64,000 nt of DNA, from NCBI GenBank assembly GCA_048270185.1, contig JBLWTJ010000001.1:608001-672000 (forward strand), read 5' to 3'. Shown here piece after piece: positions 39,272 to 47,700 of the stretch (position 1 is its first letter; every line of letters starts with the position of its first letter). This DNA is from Bacteriovoracaceae bacterium (GTDB lineage: Bacteria; Bdellovibrionota; Bacteriovoracia; Bacteriovoracales; Bacteriovoracaceae). The notes beneath the pieces were generated by a model that saw nothing but the letters and a program-made list of their open reading frames with translations, did no database searches and was not told where the DNA came from. The position numbers and the translations under genes were made by a program.

Positions 39272-40695
39272 TATGCTAATCTCTCTTTAATTATTTCAAT
39301 CGGTGTCAGAGCAACAACCGTCTTTAAGTCTGGCCCATGAGCTCTTCCAGTTAGACAAACACGAGTTCCCATAAAAAGAGGCTTGCCTTTAATTTTTAAT
39401 TCTTTCTTTAAATAATCCATCCACTCACCAACTTGATCCTCACTTACATTCGTCGTTTGATTAGTTAGTTGTGACTTTAAGTATTCTTTAACTTGTGGAG
39501 TAGACTCCCAAGTTAGCGCCTCGTTATATTGATCGTCAGCATCCACACCAGCATCAAAGAAGATCGGTAGGTGCTCATTGATATCGCTAAAGAGCTGAAC
39601 TTTTTCTTTCATTAGTCCTGCAAACTTCGTCTTCCAAGCATCGTCTTGATTGTGGAATTCACTCTCGGCCGGGATGAACTTTTCAAAACCAGCAGCAATC
39701 TCTTGATCATCTAATTTTCTAAGCCACTGCTCATTAAAGAAGTTTAATTTTTGAATATCATACATGGCCGATGATTTTGAAAATCTCTCATAACCAAAAG
39801 TGCTTCCTAATTCATTTACATCAAAAATATCTGTCTCATCAGGATGTGACCAACCAAGAAGACAAAGATAATTTGCTAGTGCACCAGGAAGATAACCTAG
39901 ATCTTTATATTGAGTCACTGAAGTTGCTCCGTGACGCTTAGAAAGTTTTTGACGATCAGAACCAATGAGAAGTGAAACGTGTCCAAAGAATGGAGGCTTA
40001 ACACCCATGGCATCGTAGATCATTAACTGACGGCAAGTATTATTTAAGTGCTCTTCTGCGCGAAAGACGTGAGTCATCTCCATCTTTGCATCATCAACCA
40101 CACAACAAAAGTTATAAACCGGCATTCCGTTGGCCCTTAAAATAACAAAGTCACCAACCATATTTTCTGGAAATTTAACGTGTCCTTTTACTAGGTCAGT
40201 AAATTCCCATGTCTTACCAGGGTTTTTAAAACGAATGACATAATCCTCACCTGCATCAACGCGAGCTTTCGCTTCAGCTGCATCAAGGTCGCGGAATTTT
40301 CCATGGTATGCATGTGGGTCTTTATTTTCAGAAACTGCTTTTTCAGTTAAAGTCTCAAGCTCTTCACTAGTTAGGAAACATGGATAAGCAAGGCCACGAT
40401 TTACGAAGTCCCATGCTATATCTTTGTAAATATCAAGTCTTTCAGACTGACGGTATGGACCAAAGTCTCCGGCCTTATCAGGGCCTTCATCGTGTTCAAT
40501 TCCCATCCACTTAAGATCAGCAATTTGTGCTTGCTCATATTCACGCTTTGATCTTTCTAGATCTGTATCTTCAATTCTTAAAATATATTTACCACCATTG
40601 GCCTTAGCAAAGAGGTAGCTAAAAAGTGCAGTACGAGCGCCACCGATGTGAAGGTAGCCAGTTGGAGAAGGTGCAAAACGTACACGAACAGTCAT
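39271..40695 (-). CDS. gltX: glutamyl-tRNA synthetase
   Basis: RFAPSPTGYLHIG, RIEDTD, KLSKR. Confidence 0.97.
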   Translation of the reverse strand: MTVRVRFAPSPTGYLHIGGARTALFSYLFAKANGGKYILRIEDTDLERSKREYEQAQIADLKWMGIEHDEGPDKAGDFGPYRQSERLDIYKDIAWDFVNRGLAYPCFLTSEELETLTEKAVSENKDPHAYHGKFRDLDAAEAKARVDAGEDYVIRFKNPGKTWEFTDLVKGHVKFPENMVGDFVILRANGMPVYNFCCVVDDAKMEMTHVFRAEEHLNNTCRQLMIYDAMGVKPPFFGHVSLLIGSDRQKLSKRHGATSVTQYKDLGYLPGALANYLCLLGWSHPDETDIFDVNELGSTFGYERFSKSSAMYDIQKLNFFNEQWLRKLDDQEIAAGFEKFIPAESEFHNQDDAWKTKFAGLMKEKVQLFSDINEHLPIFFDAGVDADDQYNEALTWESTPQVKEYLKSQLTNQTTNVSEDQVGEWMDYLKKELKIKGKPLFMGTRVCLTGRAHGPDLKTVVALTPIEIIKERLA

Positions 40696-40896
40696 AATAA
40701 TCCTTTCAATTAATTTCTATAGTCTAAAACAGGGATCATTATAGCTCTTAAAACAGCAAATGACACTTGAAAAAGCCTGATTTCCTAGACTTGACGAGAG
40801 TGATTAACGAAGAAATGGCCTTGTGAGAATGGATTTAAACGCCGCAGAAAGTCATTTTATAGGATTAAGTTAAATAGAGGCTCTTATGATAAAAAA

Positions 40897-41253
40897 CTAG
40901 AACTTTTGTAATATTTTGTCGACGTGCTCAACATTTCTAAGTCGCTTCGACATAGAGCGAGAGACAATACAATTTTCTCCGTAACACTTATTTGTAATAT
41001 TTGAAAAACAGTGACTTAGTAGTGCAAAATACTTGGGAGTCCCAACAACAATCTTTCCCGTATTGCCTTCATCCTTTGTAACAATTTTATCACTATGTAG
41101 TTTTAAACATTCATCAACACCAAAAGTCGTATACTCAAGCAAGTATTGCTTACGGGCCTTTAAATATTCTTTTTGTTGTATAGGAGTATGCTTACGAGCA
41201 GAAGCCGTAAAGACTATTTGACAAGAGATAAGCATTATCATTATTTTAATCAT
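40897..41253 (-). CDS. small secreted hypothetical protein
   Basis: Signal peptide-like N-terminus; 4 Cys in the mature part. Confidence 0.55.
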   Translation of the reverse strand: MIKIMIMLISCQIVFTASARKHTPIQQKEYLKARKQYLLEYTTFGVDECLKLHSDKIVTKDEGNTGKIVVGTPKYFALLSHCFSNITNKCYGENCIVSRSMSKRLRNVEHVDKILQKF

Positions 41254-41300
41254 AGATTAATTCTAACAACAAAAAAACCTTTAGCAACAAAAGAATACTT

Positions 41301-41579
41301 ATGCGTCGTGAAATTGAACTTAACTCTAATGGCCTTGAAAATCTTGAGGATTACTTGATTGAGTTAGGTCGTATTTTCGACTTTCCTAGCTTCTATTCAA
41401 ATAACTTAGACGAACTCTACGAGTTCATTCAGACTTATACAGATAAGAATATGAGCCTCTACTGGACAAATGCTAAAGAAGCACAGAAAAAATTAGGTCA
41501 CGATTTTGAGAGACTTAAAGAGGTTTTTGATCAAATCGACTCACAACACGAATCTTTTAAATTCTATCTTAACGAGTAA
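41301..41579 (+). CDS. barstar family protein
   Basis: FDFPSFYSNNLDELYE resembles barstar P.YYG.NLDALWD; W.NA; acidic 92 aa. Confidence 0.8.
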   Translation: MRREIELNSNGLENLEDYLIELGRIFDFPSFYSNNLDELYEFIQTYTDKNMSLYWTNAKEAQKKLGHDFERLKEVFDQIDSQHESFKFYLNE

Positions 41580-42660
41580 AGAAAGTAGTTTGACCATTTG
41601 AGATGGGTACTGAAATATTGTTATCAATAATTAAATCGGTTTCACTTAGTCCATCTTCAAGACGTCCTTTATAGAAATAAAGGCCATCGCGAATATATTC
41701 AAGCTTAAATTGAAGGCCACGTTTAACACCTACTCCACTAACTGACAGACGCTTTCTTTCGACATCTTCAGACTGATAATAGAGAGCAAAGGTATTAATA
41801 TTTTTGGCCTCTCTGATATCGACTCTTCTTTCTCCAATAAACTCTGTTTCAAAAATACCCAGACTTGAGTTCTTACAATCGTAATTTGAATTCAAGCACT
41901 TCTTTGAAACTAATGTCGTAGCAGGTGTTGCAAGGATATTAAAACGTAGGTGAACACCTTGAATATTATAGTGTTTTGAAATTGGCGTCATACCAACAAT
42001 ATTTGGATTAGAGCTAAATGGAGAAACAGCGAAATCTCCTTCTATATCAGGATTATACCAAGAAGGCGCTAAAACGGCCGATATTGAAATAAAGTTCTTT
42101 TGAGAAATGAAAGAGTGAAAATTTATGTCCGTAAAAAGTTGCCAGGTTTCAATGACTTTCTTAGAGCCAATTTTCATATCACGAAGTTCTTTCTTTCCAA
42201 GGTTTGGTAGAATATATGTGCCTAGACCAACACCGAGGTTTGCAATACGTGCACCATAAAAAGGTGTCGCCATCGTCATAATATTGTTCACACGACTTGC
42301 AAGAAGATCCCCTTTATCAAATAATTTCTTAAGCCAGAAGAAAGTGATCAGGCCACCTTGGGAATGGGCCACAATTGTTATATCCTTCGTTTTCACACCA
42401 TCAAATTTCTGGTGCATGAATTTATCAAACTCTGTAATGAAGTCATTAAGATCAAGTTGATTATTTCCCGTATCATATTCAAAGAAATAAGGACTAAAGC
42501 ACTCTTCAGGATAATTTTTTGTGAGATATTTATCCCATTGTCCAAATGCACCTTTATTACTTGCGATACCATGGATAAAGACCACAGGTCTTACTAGTTC
42601 ACAACGAGCATGAACTAGATTGAAAAATATAAGAGTAAAAAGAAATAAGAATTTCTTCAA
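41569..42660 (-). CDS. secreted alpha/beta hydrolase (lipase-like)
   Basis: Signal peptide; PVVFIHGI, VAHSQGG (GxSxG variant), MATPFYG, EGDFAV. Confidence 0.85.
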   Translation of the reverse strand: MKKFLFLFTLIFFNLVHARCELVRPVVFIHGIASNKGAFGQWDKYLTKNYPEECFSPYFFEYDTGNNQLDLNDFITEFDKFMHQKFDGVKTKDITIVAHSQGGLITFFWLKKLFDKGDLLASRVNNIMTMATPFYGARIANLGVGLGTYILPNLGKKELRDMKIGSKKVIETWQLFTDINFHSFISQKNFISISAVLAPSWYNPDIEGDFAVSPFSSNPNIVGMTPISKHYNIQGVHLRFNILATPATTLVSKKCLNSNYDCKNSSLGIFETEFIGERRVDIREAKNINTFALYYQSEDVERKRLSVSGVGVKRGLQFKLEYIRDGLYFYKGRLEDGLSETDLIIDNNISVPISNGQTTFFTR

Positions 42661-42664
42661 CGAT

Positions 42665-43780
42665 TTACTCCATTGCCTCTGGATAAATCTGAATTGCGTG
42701 ATTTAGAGTCGTCTGTGCCCATGCAAACTCTCTGGCAATTAAAGGCGCATTTAAGAAATCTTCTTCACCTTCTTGAGCAAGATCGTAGTCATACTTCGGC
42801 ATTGATTCATTTGGAAAAATTGAATCTCGAACATAGAAGACACCTTTTTTTGCACAACCAACCTCTTCAAACTTAGCTTGAACGGCGTTTCCTTTCTTCA
42901 TAACATTTTCTGCATTCGCTAGATACTTAGCACGCCAAGTATCACTCTTAGTCTTAGCAGCTTTTTCAAGATAGCCATCACGTTTTTCTTTCATACGAGG
43001 AAGAAAACTTGAAGTAAAAGGACAACCGTTTGTATCGGCATGGTCATTATAACCAAAGATATAATTAGCGTGCCAAAAGCCTTTGTGATTATAGATAACT
43101 AGAACTGGTGCATTCCTCTTATGAAGAGCATGCTTAATTATTTCAACGATATTGCTCGGTGCTTTTGCAACGGCCCATTGGTCTTTATCTGCATCGGCGT
43201 ATAAGACTTCTCTTTTAAAGCTTGGAAGCTTATAAACTTTAGCATCACTTGAAATATCTTTCGTTAAATCAATCCAGTTAAAAGAAGTCCCGTAAATACC
43301 GTCTTTATCATCAGCATCTGTTACGACTCTTTTACCATCAACCTTTTTAAAGTGACCTTTTGTAAAATGATAATCATCATTACCAAAGAAGATTGAGCTC
43401 TTATTCAAACGGCGAATATTATCTGTGCGCCAGTTATCGATATTATCTTGGTTCTCTTTACGAGTCTTAAGTGCCATATAGTAGCGTTCTGCAAAATTTA
43501 CTTTGCGATCACCTTCTAAAGAGTTAAGACGGTTGTACCACCACTCTACAACACCAGTGTGAGACATATAGAGGCAAGAGCCTGCATCTTCTTGAGAAGG
43601 CGCTGGAACAACATATTTCATTAGTTCGTTAAACCCACCTAAAGTGACATCACTTTCAGTAATTGAGTTTGGTTTAATAATATCGACATAATCTTTTTCA
43701 ATAGATTGATTTGATTGATTAATATTTGAAACTTCGGCCAGAGATGGCAGAGCAATTAAAAGTAATAAAGTTTTAAGCAT
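42665..43780 (-). CDS. secreted papain-like (C1) cysteine protease
   Basis: Signal peptide; SQEDAGSCL (Q-x5-C), WHANYIFGY, FYVRDS. Confidence 0.7.
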   Translation of the reverse strand: MLKTLLLLIALPSLAEVSNINQSNQSIEKDYVDIIKPNSITESDVTLGGFNELMKYVVPAPSQEDAGSCLYMSHTGVVEWWYNRLNSLEGDRKVNFAERYYMALKTRKENQDNIDNWRTDNIRRLNKSSIFFGNDDYHFTKGHFKKVDGKRVVTDADDKDGIYGTSFNWIDLTKDISSDAKVYKLPSFKREVLYADADKDQWAVAKAPSNIVEIIKHALHKRNAPVLVIYNHKGFWHANYIFGYNDHADTNGCPFTSSFLPRMKEKRDGYLEKAAKTKSDTWRAKYLANAENVMKKGNAVQAKFEEVGCAKKGVFYVRDSIFPNESMPKYDYDLAQEGEEDFLNAPLIAREFAWAQTTLNHAIQIYPEAME

Positions 43781-43868
43781 TTTTCCTCTTTTTCAATTTT
43801 GGTATTCTTGTGTGTTGAGGTGAAAATGCTAGCAAAGATATAACGTATTCACAAAAAATACATCGATT

Positions 43869-43886
43869 TGCGGCGCTAGCGCCGCA
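43869..43886. other. perfect 18-bp GC-rich palindrome
   Basis: TGCGGCGCTAGCGCCGCA equals its own reverse complement. Confidence 0.85.
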
Positions 43887-43900
43887 CAAAACCTTTGAAA

Positions 43901-44041
43901 TTACGAAAGGTAAATAACTAGGCCTGCCCCAATAATCGTTATAGTAACTAAAATCCATGTATTAAGGCCTGAACTCTTCTGCTTAACTGCTGAATTAGTC
44001 ACATATTTCTTGTCACGCTTCTTATGCTTTGATTTTGCCAT
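43901..44041 (-). CDS. small basic protein with C-terminal TM
   Basis: GGAG RBS; MAKSKHKKRDKK...WILVTITIIGAGLVIYLS. Confidence 0.55.
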   Translation of the reverse strand: MAKSKHKKRDKKYVTNSAVKQKSSGLNTWILVTITIIGAGLVIYLS

Positions 44042-44199
44042 TTTTACTCCAAATAAATTATTGTTATCTCTATTGTAATCAAAAGAAATTAGCTTTGAAT
44101 AGACCAAGCGTTTCAATCGACTTTAGACGATCAAAAAGTATTTTCTACCACTTCATAGACCGTGTTAAATCCCTAAAATAACTATGATATTATAGACTT

Positions 44200-44670
44200 A
44201 TGACGGGAAGAAAACTACTTGATCAACTTATTATAGCATTAACACTACTGGCCACTTTGGCAACAGTTGGTGTCTTCGTCTATACCAATGTGATTTATCA
44301 AAAAGAACTTCCAGATGGGGCCAAAGAAATGCAGGCCTTAAAAGACGACTTTACTCAAATCAACTTTCCACACACCTATATTCTAGACAAGATTACAGTG
44401 AACCTAGATTCTGCCACACGCAGACTGCGCTTCCTCGATGTAGAAGTTCACCTAGTGCTCTTTCTACAAGAAGATTCAGAAATTCTTGATACGATTAAAC
44501 CGAAAGTCTATGACATCATCATTGACGTTGCTGCCGCAATCTCTCCAGATGAACTTAATTCCCTATCAGGAAAATTGATTTTTGAAAGTCGAATCAAAAA
44601 GCGTATTAATGACCTAGCAAAGAAGCGCGTGATTAAGGAAGTTTTCTTTTCTAAATTCGTTGTTCAATAA
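44200..44670 (+). CDS. fliL: flagellar basal body FliL-like protein
   Basis: N-terminal TM; ITVNL, RFL, SGK...IKKRIN, IKEVFFSKFVVQ. Confidence 0.85.
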   Translation: MTGRKLLDQLIIALTLLATLATVGVFVYTNVIYQKELPDGAKEMQALKDDFTQINFPHTYILDKITVNLDSATRRLRFLDVEVHLVLFLQEDSEILDTIKPKVYDIIIDVAAAISPDELNSLSGKLIFESRIKKRINDLAKKRVIKEVFFSKFVVQ

Positions 44671-44714
44671 ATCCGAAATAAAGGCCCGGCACACTGGCCA
44701 GGCCTTTAGTTTAA

Positions 44715-47700
44715 TTATTTACAAATCTTATCAAGTTCATCTAATTCAATATAGAGTAGACCATCTGTTGAACATGGCCCAACTTCACGATCAAATCTCA
44801 TTGCCTCAGTTACCTCAATTGTGTTTAAAGGTCCATCATTTGGGTCAAGATAATACTCGTTTAGAGCAAGTGAACTTACCTGTCCGTTTGAAATTGCGAA
44901 TGTATCAGTAAAGTCATAAACATACTGACCAGCAGTTTGTACTGGATGCATAAGTTGTGCTTGATCAAGAACTAGAAGTCCAGTTGTTGCATCATAATTT
45001 CTTGTAACCTTTTGGAAGAATGATGCCCCATTACCATTAGAGACCTCTAAGTCCATAACATAATTACGAGTACTAGAGTACGCTAAATTAGCATCTGCAT
45101 ATGGAACGTAAATTGTCGTACGACCGACATGAGCATGATCACCGTTGGCATCAGGAGCTGACGCATAGAGCGCCTGGTTAATATATAGCATTCCTGAATC
45201 AAAACTATCATCATCCAAACTTGAACAAGACGCAATATCTTTAACGTAGAATGAGTTGATACAAATTCCTGTTGTTGCATTATAGTAATCGACTGAACCA
45301 CAATTACCTGTAACATCATTAGTTGTATACTGATAACCACTATTAACATCTTCAAGTGTACTTCCACTAATATACTTTAATTCAACCCAACTTGTACGAG
45401 CATCATTCGCTAATAGTTGTGAGTACTCTGAGCCATCATACTTATAGAAGACTTGTGAACCATCACAGAATGCACTTGTAAATGTCTCAACAGAGGCCAT
45501 CTTGCTATAATTAAATGAAGCAAGACGATTACTTCCATCATAAGTAAAGGCAAGCTTAGTTGAAGCACTTGCTGAAGTCGCACGATCTTTATGAGCAACA
45601 TCCGAACCTTGATCACTAGCACCAACCATCATAAAGCTTACATCTTCAATATGTCCTGATGCATTGTAGTTCATGACGAAGAAGTCATTGTAATACTGAT
45701 CGAAAAAAGTTCCAGTAGGAAATGCTGCAACTGTCGCATCTAAGTTTTCAAGGTCAAGTGTAACATTAATATTTCTCTCTTCAATAGTCGCAACACGCAT
45801 ACCCGTTGAAGCACTTGGACAAAGAACGGCTTTTCTTAGGTAAGTCGCAAATTCTGAGTCATCAATTTCATCGACGATATTTGCATCAATCACATTACAA
45901 ACTCCACTCTCCCAAGTGAAATTATAGTACTTATTATAAGTTGCTAATGTATCAAAACTAAGAACACTATTGAAGTAAGAGATATAATCATCGTTTGAAA
46001 CATCGTTTGTTTTTATATAACTAATCAGCCCTAAAAGATCTGCTTGACTAGGATGTGAGTCGTAGTTAACACCAGAACTAATTACTTTATCTAATTCACC
46101 AAATTCATTCTTATATAAGTGAACAAGAGTTGTGCGTCCATACCATGCTGAGTACTTAGTAACACGATCTAGTAATCCAGCATCATTATAACTCATGAAG
46201 AATATTTCTTCTTGATCATCAACGAATACTCGTGGTTGACCTTTTTCATTATAACGAACAGTACTGATTAGCTCGTTAGATCCATTGTCAAGAACAAAAT
46301 CAAGTAGACGTGACTTTTCAGCGGCCTTAATGGCAATTGCGAGATCAGTTGCAATAATCGAATCATCAGAGAGTTTGGCCGAGATTGCTAGGTCTGCGAT
46401 ACGATCAACTTTGAAAGAGAAGGCACCATAGACTTGGTCACTATTAAGCTTACCTGTCATTGAAAGATCACCTGCTCCAGAAATATCACTTGCTTCAAGA
46501 AGATTTGAGCCAACGATATCACCTGCATTTAAGGAAACTGTGATTTCATCATTTGTCGTTATAGGATTCTGGTCACTATCGACAAGTTGTAGGATGGCGT
46601 GAAAAGTATTTCCCTTTTCAACAGAAAGATCTCCATTATTCTCATCGTAATCGACATCAATTGAAGGATGGACTAATAGGCTCGCAGGAACACCAGCTGT
46701 AACTGTAAAGTCTAGCTCAGAGCTCACACTTGCATCTGACGAGTCAGCAACATTAATCTTTGATGGCACTGCTCTCATAAGATTAATTCCACTAACAACA
46801 ACTTGTGATTGACCATCAAGAATGACTTGAGATTCAATTCCATTAAAGTCAAAGGCTCCAGCAACGAAGTCAGGAACTGAAGCAGGTCCACCAATTTGGA
46901 AGTCATAGCTATCACCTGTAATTTCAACCTTATTTGGAAGATCATTTACATAAGGAGTAACTGCTTCACTTAGAGTAATAGTACTATCACCACTTGTGAT
47001 TGGGTTACCATACATATCCTGTCTTACAATAGTAAGCTCAAGTGTATCATCGGCCGAAAGAGTTGCAGCTGATGGTGTAATTTCAAATTGAGCAATTGCA
47101 GCAAGGGCCACAACAGGAATTGAATTTGTATGAAGAGCACCAGCTTCTTCACCTTTATAGAATGCATAATCTAGTGTTCCAGCATCAAGACCACGAACAA
47201 CGATTTCACCACCACTTGCACTTGGTAGACGACCTCTTAAAACACCACTTTCGATTGTTGCATCAAGAAGATTGTGGCTTACGATTTCATTGCGCCCACC
47301 ACTTGTAAACTCAAAACGTAGAACGTCTTGGTCATTATGACCTGTTGGGTTTGTGAAGCTGTCGGCTGCTGAAACAGAAATTGTAATTTCTTCACCAGCA
47401 TCTGCTTGAATATCAGGGCTTGCAAAAGAGTCTATAGATGCGATAGCACCAGAAGTAATCACAATCGATTCAGATGCATTAACTGCCGTACTATCAGAAT
47501 CAGATTTTACCGTTGCAAAATCGATTGTGAAAGTTCCCATGGCCGTTGGTGAGATATCAAAAGACCCTATACCATTTGCATAAGTAACAGTTGGATTCGA
47601 AGTTGCTCCACCTTCTTCAGTAAGAGTTACCACAACACTTTCATTGTGATCAGTTACTGTTGAACCATTAATATCGGCAACTAGGAAATTAATCGTCTGA

